Origin: Synechococcus sp. Cruz-7E5
GTDB taxonomy: Bacteria > Cyanobacteriota > Cyanobacteriia > PCC-6307 > Cyanobiaceae
NCBI RefSeq assembly: GCF_024345995.1
Contig: NZ_JAGQCE010000003.1
Coordinates: 112,759 to 144,758 of the forward strand
Length of the DNA: 32,000 nt
Direction of reading: 5' to 3'
Both the position numbers and the translations under genes were made by a program. A model generated the notes under the pieces. That model was not told the DNA's origin and did not search any database. It was given only the letters and a program-made list of their open reading frames with translations. This document shows positions 23,945 to 32,000 of this stretch, piece after piece; position 1 is the stretch's first letter; each line of letters begins with the position of its first letter.

Positions 23945-24469
23945 ATGTCCGTTCTCGGCAGAGAGGCGATCCTGCAGGCGATCGAAGCGGGCACGATCGG
24001 GGTGACGCCGTTCGTTCCAGAGCGGCTGGGCCCCGCCTCTCTCGACCTCACCCTCGCCGGCACCTTTCGCGTGTTCCGCAAGGTGCACGCGGTGATCGAG
24101 GTGCGCGAGCACACCGACTACCGGCAGCTGACCGAGAAGATCAAGGTGCCCCAGGGCGAGCACATCCTGATCATGCCGGGCGAGACGGTGCTCGGCATCA
24201 CCCAGGAGCGGCTGCGCCTGGGCCCCGGTCTGTGCGGCTGGCTGGAGGGTCGCAGCCGTTTCGCGCGGCTTGGCCTGATGGTGCACATCAGCGCCCCCTT
24301 CATGGGACCGGGGATTGACAGCCAGCAGGTGCTGGAGATGAGCAACTTCGGCCCCGCTCCCCTGGCCGTCTATCCCGGCACCGCGATCTGCCAGTTCGTG
24401 TTTCAGAAGCTGGTGGGCAGCGAGATCTATGCCGGCGGCTTCGCTGGCCAGACGGAGGACTCCTTCTGA
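23945..24469 (+). CDS. dcd: dCTP deaminase
   Basis: 'MSVLGREAILQAIEAGTIGVTPF...SLDLTL...GWLEGRSRFARLGLMVHISAPFMGPG...AICQFVF' shows the dUTPase-fold Dcd pattern. Confidence 0.9.
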   Translation: MSVLGREAILQAIEAGTIGVTPFVPERLGPASLDLTLAGTFRVFRKVHAVIEVREHTDYRQLTEKIKVPQGEHILIMPGETVLGITQERLRLGPGLCGWLEGRSRFARLGLMVHISAPFMGPGIDSQQVLEMSNFGPAPLAVYPGTAICQFVFQKLVGSEIYAGGFAGQTEDSF

Positions 24470-24573
24470 CCATTCCCAGCACCCGCCTCGACTGTCGGCC
24501 GTGATCACCTACCGCGACCGGTGCATCCGATTGATTTCCGTTCGGCGGTCCAGAGCAGAAGAGGTGGAGCTCT

Positions 24574-24815
24574 ATGAACAGTTCTGATTTCGATCAACGT
24601 TTCGATGCCGGCGAGTCCGTGCTTGAGGCCCTCGACATCGGCGGTGCCCGTCGCCGCGAGTATCTTGAGCAGGTACGGCAGGTGGATATCAGCTGGGTGG
24701 ATGATCGCCGCCGCGATCGATTGCAGGTGGGGTCACTGCTGCAATCGCTGGCCCGAAACGTGGCCACCGAGGTGAGCCAGGCCGTGCTCGCGGTGGATGC
24801 CAGCGGCGCCGATGG
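24574..24815 (+). pseudogene. Chimeric remnant: RHH/BrnA-type antitoxin N-terminus fused to a DUF4143-type ATPase fragment
   Basis: 'MNSSDFDQRFDAGESVLEALDIGGARR' is an antitoxin-like start. It is followed by '..SLLQSLARNVATEVSQAVLAVDASGADGA', which resembles AAA/DUF4143 proteins. The ORF runs into the convergent gene at 24820. Confidence 0.4.
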
Positions 24816-24819
24816 GGCC

Positions 24820-25080
24820 TCAGAAAATCCACAGGGTTTTCTTCTTGCAGTAGCCCGCCCCGATGTTCATCCATCCGGAGGCACAGGGCTTTCCGTTGGT
24901 GGGCTTCACCTGGTAGTAGATCGGTGAATTGCAATGCTGCTTGAGGTCATTGACATACCCAAGCGGACACTGGTCGTAACCAGGCAGTTTGGGAATCCGC
25001 TTCTGCGCCTGTGCCGGGGCCGTGGTCAGCAACGGAAGGCTCAGAAGCACGCCGGCCAGAGCGAGTTGGAGCTTCTGCAT
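24820..25080 (-). CDS. Small secreted cysteine-rich protein
   Basis: 86 aa from the ATG at 25080. Signal peptide 'MQKLQLALAGVLLSLPLLTTAPAQA', then 'QKRIPKLPGYDQCPLGYVNDLKQHCNSPIYYQVKPTNGKPCASGWMNIGAGYCKKKTLWIF' with 4 Cys. No family recognised. Confidence 0.55.
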   Translation of the reverse strand: MQKLQLALAGVLLSLPLLTTAPAQAQKRIPKLPGYDQCPLGYVNDLKQHCNSPIYYQVKPTNGKPCASGWMNIGAGYCKKKTLWIF

Positions 25081-25123
25081 CTGGTGGGTTTTCACGTTTT
25101 CAAACTCTAGGAGTCGGTTGCCG

Positions 25124-25160
25124 GTGGCGGGGGTGTGACGGGGTGGCACTTGTGGAGGAG
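25124..25160. repeat. HNH-HIT leader scar H
   Basis: 'gtggcgggggtgtgacggggtggcacttgtggagg' matches the leader of copy B ('gacgggggtggcacttgt', 15574-15591) and of copy F. No coding part remains. Confidence 0.5.
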
Positions 25161-25187
25161 AAGCCCTCGTTATCCTCTGCGCCATGA

Positions 25188-25381
25188 ATGCTCCCCCATG
25201 CAGACCACGCGATCGTGGACAAAGCCAAGATCTGCGGCTATCTGTTTACAGTCGTGCATCCCCAGCTGGTCGGTTCAAGGCCAGGGTGTTCTTTCCCCTG
25301 GGCTACACAGTCAAAAACTGGACGCGTCTTCATGATGATCTGCTTACCCATAGGCGAACCGGAACGGTTCTGCGGATTTAG
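25188..25381 (+). pseudogene. Frameshifted DUF6883-like gene
   Basis: One frame reads '..ADHAIVDKAKICGYLFTVVHPQLVG' and the next reads 'AGRFKARVFFPLGYTVKNWTRLHDDLL'. Together they resemble the 'L..YLL...HP.GR.KA.FF..LGY' block of DUF6883 (from memory). Confidence 0.35.
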
Positions 25382-25779
25382 AACAACTCCTACGGGAGGA
25401 GAGTTGTGATAAGCGCTATACAGGTTGGGTCTAATGCAACCTCTCAGCCATTCAAGACGATCTGACTGATTCCTACTTTCTCAGTCCAGCCAAGACTCAT
25501 CACTGCATTTCCGGAATAAGCCATGTTTGCCGTGCATCAGACAGTTGCCCTGGCCCAGGACAGCCCAGACGCCGGCTTTCGGACGGGCGGTCTGGGCGCC
25601 ATCGTTGCCATGGACGGTGTCGACAGCGTTGAGGTTGAGGTCGGCCTCCGATTCTCAACCCCCTTCCGATGAACTCGCTTTGATTCCTGTGGGTGCTCTG
25701 GGGCCCTGAGACGGCAGGTGAGCGATGCGGGCACAGCCGATGAAGGGTCTCTTCTGGCACAGTCACCTGGCTACCTGGC

Positions 25780-25977
25780 GTGCGGGTCAGACCTATGGGC
25801 GATACCTATCAGATCCTGCGCGATGACGGTGTGAAGGACGGCATCGCCGGCAGGGTGTTCGCCAGCTACGACGAGGCCTACGCCGTGGTGGAACGGTATT
25901 ACGCCGACATCTGCTGCTCCGACGATCGGGAGTATTACCGGATCGTGCCGGTTGCTGGGTCAGGTTCGGGAGCCTGA
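25780..25977 (+). CDS. Small hypothetical protein
   Basis: 65-codon ORF (alternative ATG at 25795): 'MGDTYQILRDDGVKDGIAGRVFASYDEAYAVVERYYADICCSDDREYYRIVPV'. The composition is protein-like. No family recognised. Confidence 0.4.
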   Translation: MRVRPMGDTYQILRDDGVKDGIAGRVFASYDEAYAVVERYYADICCSDDREYYRIVPVAGSGSGA

Positions 25978-26074
25978 ACGCTCCCGGATAAAGCGGCCCA
26001 TCGCAAAGCCGAGCCCTTGCTGGCTGCCAGCAGAAGCCCCCCATGGGCGCCTGGGATCTGCGCGAGAACGGGCG

Positions 26075-26236
26075 CTACTGGCTCTGTGCGGCTCTCGGCG
26101 CTGGCGGAGAGGCTTGATCCGCCTCCAGCTTGTCCTTGCAGGTGGAGCAGAGCACAGTCCCTTTCTGATCTCGATAGAGGCGCATCGAGCGTTCGATCTG
26201 CACGCCACAGCCAGAACAGGGGAAAAGAGGGCTCAT
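26075..26236 (-). CDS. Small zinc-ribbon protein
   Basis: 'MSPLFPCSGCGVQIERSMRLYRDQKGTVLCSTCKDKLEADQ..' with a CxxC...CxxC pair. Confidence 0.45.
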   Translation of the reverse strand: MSPLFPCSGCGVQIERSMRLYRDQKGTVLCSTCKDKLEADQASPPAPRAAQSQ

Positions 26237-26430
26237 CGGTTGCAGGACTCCCCATTCCATCTAGTGGAGCTTGAGTTCCGGAGCCGTCTCATCCATGACC
26301 GATGTACGGCCAAGATCACTGGGTGGTTGCCTTCCATTGGGGCCCTGAGCAGAGCCTGACCCCCAGACTGACCCTGCACGACCTGCCCAACGCCCGCGTT
26401 GGCCTGGTGATCCGGCACCACACCACCACC

Positions 26431-27918
26431 ATGACCAACTCCGCCCTTCCGCCGATCGCAGGCGATGAAGCCGGGATCCTCGCCCTGATGCAGCAGGCCG
26501 GCCCCGTTTTCCGGCCGCGCACCAATCTCAACCTGGCCCAGATCCGCTCAGGCTTTGCCTGCGCCCTGCACATGCACCAGCCCACTATTCCCGCCGGGGC
26601 GAATGGTGAGCTGATTTCGCATCTGCAGTACATGTTCGAGCACCCTGGCGAGGGTGACAACCACAACGCCGAACCATTTGCCCACTGCTACAAGCGCCTC
26701 GCGGAGATCCTCCCCCAGCTGATTTCAGAGGGCTGCAACCCACGGATCATGCTGGATTATTCCGGCAACCTGCTCTGGGGTTTTGAGCAGATGGGCCGTC
26801 ACGACATACTCGACGCCCTGAAACTTCTCGCCTGCGATCCCAGCCTGCAACCCCACGTGGAATGGCTCGGCACCTTCTGGAGCCATGCCGTGGCACCCTC
26901 CACGCCCATCCCCGATCTCAGGTTGCAGATCCTGGCCTGGCAACACCATTTCGCGGCGCTCTTCGGCCCTGAGGCACTGCAACGGGTGAAGGGTTTCTCG
27001 CCGCCTGAAATGCACCTGCCCAACCACCCCGACACCCTCTATGCCCTGGTGAAGGCTCTCAGGGAATGCGGCTACCAGTGGCTGCTGGTGCAGGAGCACA
27101 GCGTCGAGAACCTCGATGGCTCCAGCCTCAGCCAGGCGCAGAAGTACATCCCCAACCAACTCGTGGCGCGCAACTCCAGCGGTGAGTCGGTGAGTATCAC
27201 AGCTTTGATCAAAACCCAGGGCTCCGATACCAAGCTGGTGGGCCAGATGCAGCCCTGCTACGAAGCCATCGGGCTGGGCCGCCAAGCGCTGGGAGACACC
27301 ACGATCCCCTCGCTCGTGTCGCAGATTGCCGACGGCGAAAATGGCGGTGTGATGATGAATGAATTCCCATCCGCCTTCATCCAGGCCCATCAGAAAATCG
27401 CCGCCCAGGCGAGTGATTCCGGTGGTGAACCGGCCACCGATTCAGCCACCGTGGCGATCAATGGCACCGAGTATCTGGAGTTACTGGAAGCCGCCGGTGT
27501 CCAACCAGCCGATTACCCAGGCATTCAGGCGGTTCAGCAACACAAGCTCTGGGAGGCCGTTGACGGCCAGACCAGGGGCAACCCACCCACCCCAACGGCC
27601 ACCGAAGCAGCAATCGCCGCACTCCAGGCCAGCGATCCCCACTTCTCGATGGCGGGTGCCTCCTGGACCAACGACCTCAGCTGGGTCGAGGGCTACGGCA
27701 ACGTGCTGGAGCCGATGAACCGCCTCAGCGCCCATTTCCACCAGGTGTTTGATCCCCTGGTGGCGCAGGACCCCACCATCACCAGAACCCCGCGCTACCA
27801 GGACGCCCTGCTCCACCTGCTGCTGCTGGAAACCAGCTGCTTCCGCTACTGGGGCCAGGGCGCCTGGACCGGTTACGCCAGCGAGATCCATAGGCGCGGT
27901 GAAGCCGCGATCGGTTAG
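26431..27918 (+). CDS. Glycoside hydrolase family 57 protein
   Basis: 495 aa from the ATG at 26431. Contains 'FACALHMHQPTIPAG' (GH57 HxHQP block) and conserved 'QWLLVQEHSVE' and 'ADGENGGVMMNEF' regions. Confidence 0.85.
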   Translation: MTNSALPPIAGDEAGILALMQQAGPVFRPRTNLNLAQIRSGFACALHMHQPTIPAGANGELISHLQYMFEHPGEGDNHNAEPFAHCYKRLAEILPQLISEGCNPRIMLDYSGNLLWGFEQMGRHDILDALKLLACDPSLQPHVEWLGTFWSHAVAPSTPIPDLRLQILAWQHHFAALFGPEALQRVKGFSPPEMHLPNHPDTLYALVKALRECGYQWLLVQEHSVENLDGSSLSQAQKYIPNQLVARNSSGESVSITALIKTQGSDTKLVGQMQPCYEAIGLGRQALGDTTIPSLVSQIADGENGGVMMNEFPSAFIQAHQKIAAQASDSGGEPATDSATVAINGTEYLELLEAAGVQPADYPGIQAVQQHKLWEAVDGQTRGNPPTPTATEAAIAALQASDPHFSMAGASWTNDLSWVEGYGNVLEPMNRLSAHFHQVFDPLVAQDPTITRTPRYQDALLHLLLLETSCFRYWGQGAWTGYASEIHRRGEAAIG

Positions 27919-27946
27919 TCCGCCCAGGTCTTGAAGTTGGCGTGGA

Positions 27947-29344
27947 TCACCGGCTCGATTGGGTGGCCCCGGGCGCCTGATCGATCAGCGCCTGGCACTG
28001 GTGCTCGTTCCAGCCCTCACCGCGCCAGCGCTCACCCAGGGAGCCACTGATGGCACTCACCAGCAACAGGGCGGGCAACAACGCCGGATCGCCCTGCAGG
28101 GTGAACACGAAAGCCGCGCAGAACAGCGGGCTGCCGTGGGCACTGGCGAACAGGGCGGTGGCGCCGACCGCTGCCAGCTGGGCCAGCTCAGTGGCGCCCA
28201 GGCCGGCGGACCGCAGGGGGCTGGTGAGGAGCGCACCCAGGGTCATGCTGTCGTGCATCAGGCCACCGGGAGCACCCGCTGCCAGGCTGAGCACGGTGGC
28301 CAGGGTTCGCCACAGCAGGGTGAGCGAAGGCCCGCCATCCCCCCCGGCCAGGGCCGATGCCAGTGACAGGGATCCATCGTTGAGGCTGAGGCCGCCGCTG
28401 GCGAGCGCCAGCAGCGTGAGCAGGCCGGCCAGCAGCAACGCCCCGCCCAGGCGCCTGCGCACCAGCAGCCGCTTCACCCAGGCTGCCGCCGGGATCAGCA
28501 GCCGCACCAGCAGGGCGCCAGCCGCAGCACCCACCAGGGTCAGCAGCATGGCCCAGCCCCACAGGGCCGGCGCGAGGCCGCCCAGGTCCAGGCCCGGCAG
28601 GCGAGCCGGTTGTCCCATCGCCGTTGCCACCACGGTGCCGCTGCCCGCCAGCAGCAGCGCGGGCAGCACCAGGGGCAGTCCACTGCGTTGCCCAAGCTCC
28701 TCCAGGCCATAGGCCACCGCCAGCAGGGGTGAACGGAAGGCCGCACCCAGCCCGGCGGCTCCGCCGATCACGGCCACCAGACTGGAGGGAAGCTGGGCCA
28801 GGGGGCTGCAGCCGGGCCAGCGTCGCCGGATCGCCAGCAGCACACTGGCTCCGAGTGCCACCGAAGGGGACTCCACCCCGACTGTGAGTCCACCCAGATG
28901 GGTGAGCAGCATCAGCGGCAGCCGCCGCAGCTGGCTGGCCAGGCTCAGCTTCTCCAGCCAGCGCGCTTCCGCCTCGGGGGAAACCTGCCGGCCGGAGCGA
29001 TCCAGGGCCAGCAGGGGGGCGACGCCGCCGCCTCTACCGGCCGCCAACGGACCCCAGGCAAGCCAGATCAGCAGTGCGCTGGCCGCGAACACCAGCACGG
29101 CTCCCAGGCCAGGTGGCAGCCTCTGAGCGATGCCGCCATGGCCACCCTCCAGACCGGGCAGCGGCCACAGCCAGCGCTGCAGCTGAAAGCCCAGTTCGGA
29201 GAGGGCCTGGTACGGCCACTGCAGCAGCCCCAGCACCAGGCCCAGCAGCAGCCAGACGACAAGAACAGCCACGGGCACCGCAGGATCAGACCCCAGCGAA
29301 GCAGCCAACGATGGCAAGCACCCGCAGGCTGCGCGAAGAGTCAT
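27947..29344 (-). CDS. ClC-family chloride channel protein
   Basis: Polytopic membrane protein with 'GGLTVGVESPSVALGA', 'GGAAGLGAAFRSPLLAVAYGLEEL' and 'APGGLMHDSMTLGALL', which correspond to ClC selectivity-filter segments. The start is uncertain. Confidence 0.75.
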   Translation of the reverse strand: MTLRAACGCLPSLAASLGSDPAVPVAVLVVWLLLGLVLGLLQWPYQALSELGFQLQRWLWPLPGLEGGHGGIAQRLPPGLGAVLVFAASALLIWLAWGPLAAGRGGGVAPLLALDRSGRQVSPEAEARWLEKLSLASQLRRLPLMLLTHLGGLTVGVESPSVALGASVLLAIRRRWPGCSPLAQLPSSLVAVIGGAAGLGAAFRSPLLAVAYGLEELGQRSGLPLVLPALLLAGSGTVVATAMGQPARLPGLDLGGLAPALWGWAMLLTLVGAAAGALLVRLLIPAAAWVKRLLVRRRLGGALLLAGLLTLLALASGGLSLNDGSLSLASALAGGDGGPSLTLLWRTLATVLSLAAGAPGGLMHDSMTLGALLTSPLRSAGLGATELAQLAAVGATALFASAHGSPLFCAAFVFTLQGDPALLPALLLVSAISGSLGERWRGEGWNEHQCQALIDQAPGATQSSR

Positions 29345-29386
29345 GGCACTGCAGGCCTGGTGCCCGTTTTCAACAGCAGCGGGCGA

Positions 29387-30208
29387 TCAGCTCGGCCAGC
29401 TCCAGATCAGCCCCTGGACGGCATAGAACCCCCCTGCCGCCAGAAGTACCAGGGCACTGACGCGGGTGAGCGTGGCTCCATGGCGCAGCAGCAGCCTTGA
29501 GGTGCCCAACAGGCCGGCCCAGAGGCTGGTGGCGGCGATCACGGCGGTGTAACCCAGGGCGTAACTCACCATCGTGACCACCGATAACAGAACCGAGCCG
29601 GTGCCGGCCGCAGCGGCGAGCACCGAGAACAGCACCGGACTGGCACAGGGAGAGCTGACCAGAGCGAATCCCATCCCCACCAGGAACGGGCCACCGGCCG
29701 GAGGCAGTTCGGGCAGGCGGGGCAGCCGCAGGGGGAGCCACCCCGCCAGATTCAGGCCCATCACCAGGATGAGCAGTCCCACCCCCAGATGGACCGGGCC
29801 GCGGTGGTCCACCACCACGGCTGCGGCGAACGAGGCGACCAGGCCGAACAGGCTCAGCACCACGACGGTGCCGGCCACGAATCCAGCCACCCTGACGAAG
29901 GCCTGACGCCGGCTGAGCGGCCCGAGCGTGCCGATGTAACTGAGGTTCATCGGCAGCATCGCCAGCAGGCATGGCGAAACGCTTGCCAGCAGCCCACCGG
30001 CGAAAGCCGCCAGCGGAATCAGAAACGGGGGAATAGCGCCCCAGTCCTCGAACCGTTCGGCGTAGGCCTGCGACGTCGACAGGATCGCCTGATCCAGTTG
30101 AGCGCCGATCTGCGGCAGCCAGTGCAAAACCAACCCTGCCAGCAGGGTCACCACGGCCAGGAGCACCAGAATCGCCGGTCCTTGCCTGCGCACGGCGGAT
30201 CGGCTCAT
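29387..30208 (-). CDS. ccdA: Cytochrome c biogenesis protein CcdA (DsbD-type thiol-disulfide transporter)
   Basis: 'LLASVSPCLLAMLPMNLSYIG' and a second 'LVSSPCASPVL' Cys motif. Six-TM-type profile. Confidence 0.85.
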   Translation of the reverse strand: MSRSAVRRQGPAILVLLAVVTLLAGLVLHWLPQIGAQLDQAILSTSQAYAERFEDWGAIPPFLIPLAAFAGGLLASVSPCLLAMLPMNLSYIGTLGPLSRRQAFVRVAGFVAGTVVVLSLFGLVASFAAAVVVDHRGPVHLGVGLLILVMGLNLAGWLPLRLPRLPELPPAGGPFLVGMGFALVSSPCASPVLFSVLAAAAGTGSVLLSVVTMVSYALGYTAVIAATSLWAGLLGTSRLLLRHGATLTRVSALVLLAAGGFYAVQGLIWSWPS

Positions 30209-30690
30209 CGCTTGAGCATCGATTGAACTTTGCTGATCGCCTTGCTGTAGGCGCTCGCATCTGTGCTGGCCCGGAAGGTCTGCGCCGTGGTGCCGGTGGC
30301 AGGGTCGATCACGGCCACCAGCGAGGTCTGGCTGCGGTTGGCCTCCAGGAAGGCGCTGAGGCCGAGCGCCCGGGCCCGTTCGTGCGAGGCCTTCAAGGTG
30401 GCGGCATCAGACACGTCGAAGGTCACGAAGGTGGCCTTGCCGGCCTTGCTTTGCTGCAGGGAACGCAGGGTCGGCGCGATCGTGCGGCAGGCCGGGCACC
30501 AGCTGGCGTAGATGTCGACCACGACAGGTTTGCCCTGCAGGGAAGGGGCGAGGGCACCTCCCTGCTTCTGGGCCACCCATCCGCCGGGGCCAGGTTCCCG
30601 GGGTGGGGAGGCGACCGGAACGGAGCCAGGCAGGCCGATGGGCAGGGGGATTCCGAGGGTGAGCAGCAGAGCGGTGAGGGGCAAGGACAT
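30205..30690 (-). CDS. Thioredoxin-like (TlpA/ResA-type) thiol:disulfide oxidoreductase
   Basis: Signal/anchor, then 'VVVDIYASWCPACRTIAPTL' (WCxxC). It overlaps the ccdA start by 4 nt. Confidence 0.8.
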   Translation of the reverse strand: MSLPLTALLLTLGIPLPIGLPGSVPVASPPREPGPGGWVAQKQGGALAPSLQGKPVVVDIYASWCPACRTIAPTLRSLQQSKAGKATFVTFDVSDAATLKASHERARALGLSAFLEANRSQTSLVAVIDPATGTTAQTFRASTDASAYSKAISKVQSMLKR

Positions 30691-30750
30691 CGCGGTAGAG
30701 AATGCGAACGCCTGATCTACCGGCGAACCCTTCCGCTGGATTGCCCGGGC

Positions 30751-31635
30751 TCACCCATTCCCCGGCCCCTGCGCGGCGGCGAGCTTGCGGCGGCCGAAAC
30801 CGACCATGGCGAATCCGGTGATGTTCATCCAGAGGCTGTAGATCGCAGCCGGCACGGCCATGTCGATGTTGTTCAGCAGGCCGGCCGTGATCGCGATCGC
30901 GAGCGTGCCGTTCTGGATACCCACCTCGATGGCGATGCTGAGCCGCTGGGCGAGGGGCAGACCCAGCTGACGCGCCGAGAGGAAGCCGGCCGCCGTTCCC
31001 AGCAGATTCAGCACGACCACCGCCGCGCCCACCTGGGCGATGAAGCCGGGCAGCCTGCCTGCTTCCTTGATCACCAGCAACAGGATGATCAACGCCAGCA
31101 GACCTGCGGCCAACCGCCCCATCTGCTTCTCCAGCCTCAGCGCTGCGGCGGTGAACCGCTGCCGGATCCCCATGCCGATGGCCGTCGGCACCAGGGTGAT
31201 CAGCACGATTCGCAGCATCGTCGGCAGCACAGGCAGGCTGATCTCCGCGCCGGATCCCATCAGCCTCTGCAAGGCCAGATTGGCGAGCACGGGGATCGTG
31301 AACACCGTCACCACGCTGCTGATCGCCGTGAGCGTCACCGACAGGGCCACATCCCCCTTCGCCAGGTAGGTGATCAGGTTGGAAGAGGGGCCGCCGGGGC
31401 AGATCGCCACGATCACCAGACCGACCGCCAGCGCCGGTTCCATCGGCCAGAGCCAGGCCAGCAGGCCGCCGATCAGCGGCAGCACCACGATCTGACAGAA
31501 GCTGCCCAGCGCCACGGCCCGGGGATAGCGGCTGATGCGCCGGAAGTCCTCCGGAACCAGGCTCAGCCCCATCCCCAGCATCACGATGGCCAGGGCGACG
31601 GGCAGCAGAACAGTCGTCAGCAAGCTGTTCTGCAT
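30751..31635 (-). CDS. Bile acid:sodium symporter (BASS) family transporter
   Basis: 'MQNSLLTTVLLPVALAIVMLGMGLSLVPEDFRRISRYPRAVALGSFCQIVVLPLIG', and 'ICPGGPSSNLITYLAKGDVALSV' is typical of BASS. The ATG at 31635 is preferred over 31668. Confidence 0.85.
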   Translation of the reverse strand: MQNSLLTTVLLPVALAIVMLGMGLSLVPEDFRRISRYPRAVALGSFCQIVVLPLIGGLLAWLWPMEPALAVGLVIVAICPGGPSSNLITYLAKGDVALSVTLTAISSVVTVFTIPVLANLALQRLMGSGAEISLPVLPTMLRIVLITLVPTAIGMGIRQRFTAAALRLEKQMGRLAAGLLALIILLLVIKEAGRLPGFIAQVGAAVVVLNLLGTAAGFLSARQLGLPLAQRLSIAIEVGIQNGTLAIAITAGLLNNIDMAVPAAIYSLWMNITGFAMVGFGRRKLAAAQGPGNG

Positions 31636-31764
31636 CGGTGCCAAGGAACGGTCCGGACAAGATCGCATTGATCCTGTCTGCCGTCTCTGCAGGCCCCACT
31701 CCAGGCAGCTGACCCGCTGCTGCGCTGCGGGGCTGTCATCCTGGAATCAGCTCCGTGCCGCTCG

Positions 31765-31908
31765 ATGGCCCTGCGCTGCGCCAGCGAATTTCCGCCCTCT
31801 CCCGAGCTGGCCAGGCCGCTTGAGCAGAAGCAGGTGGTGCCGCCGCCCCTGGAGTCGTTCAGCAAGCAGGAACTGAGCGAACTGGTGCGGCAGTTGCTGG
31901 GGGAGTGA
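31765..31908 (+). CDS. Possible 47-aa protein translationally coupled to the downstream deacetylase gene
   Basis: ATG-started ORF 'MALRCASEFPPSPELARPLEQKQVVPPPLESFSKQELSELVRQLLGE'. Its TGA overlaps the next ATG (TGATG). No family recognised. Confidence 0.3.
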   Translation: MALRCASEFPPSPELARPLEQKQVVPPPLESFSKQELSELVRQLLGE

Positions 31909-32000
31909 TGGGTGCCACCGGACTGGTGATCGATCCAGCCTTCCGCCTGCACGACACGGGAGTGGGCCACCCCGAGAGCCCGCAGCGGCTGGAGGCGATC
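31908..32000 (+). CDS. Histone deacetylase/acetoin-utilisation (AcuC) family protein, 5' part only
   Basis: 'MGATGLVIDPAFRLHDTGVGHPESPQRLEAI' is the canonical HDAC-family N-terminus. Truncated by the window end. Confidence 0.7.
   Translation, partial: MGATGLVIDPAFRLHDTGVGHPESPQRLEAI

Noticed and set aside
25482-25650. Minus-strand stretch '..LNLNAVDTVHGNDGAQTARPKAGVWAVLGQGNCLMHGKHGLFRKCSDESWLD*'.
   Set aside because: It looks like a protein C-terminus, but a stop lies just upstream and there is no start codon. It is probably another gene fragment, with no recognisable family.
30223-31671. Very long ORFs antisense to annotated genes. Examples: 482 aa at 30223..31671 (+), 222 aa at 10088..10756 (+), 246 aa at 23020..23760 (-), 296 aa at 29370..30260 (-).
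   Set aside because: These are typical shadow ORFs of high-GC DNA. Their translations are Arg/Gly/Pro/Ala-rich and low in complexity, have no motifs, and overlap well-supported genes on the other strand or in another frame.

Overview
High-GC DNA, over 60% by eye. Gene content looks like a marine Synechococcus/Cyanobium-type picocyanobacterium (inference). All family calls come from reading the translations by eye; no searches were run.

Layout:
- (1) selO lies at the left edge (8-1894).
- (2) A hypervariable island of about 20 kb (about 1.9-21.5 kb) holds at least 11 type II toxin-antitoxin (TA) modules: hicBA x2, vapBC, phd-doc, higBA, brnTA and five MNT-HEPN/HepT pairs. It also holds several decayed TA remnants, a low-GC NotI-like restriction-modification (R-M) insert (10.7-13.3 kb) and a lower-GC DUF3883 nuclease gene.
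- (3) Mostly housekeeping genes fill 21.8-32 kb: Coq4-like, TauE/SafE, dcd, GH57, ClC, ccdA plus a thioredoxin-like gene, BASS and an HDAC-family start. They are interrupted by an IS3 remnant (22.8-23.0 kb) and a small decayed islet (24.5-25.8 kb).

Main finding: the island is not a random pile of TA genes. The TA cassettes are interleaved with serial partial copies of two minus-strand defence-type genes.
- Left half: seven copies of the 3' end of a PLD-like/SF2-helicase/DUF3427 gene. The near-full but dead copy is at 8312-10723.
- Right half: at least seven fragments of an HNH-HIT fusion gene. The best copy, also dead, is at 14717-15552.

Stub boundaries, codon-position patterns of divergence, clustered breakpoints and a cassette scar all point to repeated cassette capture and replacement anchored on these two genes. 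No recombinase is present in the window. Three toxin genes (doc, higB, one hepT) are specifically inactivated next to apparently intact antitoxin genes. A 59-codon hicA is missing from the supplied ORF track.
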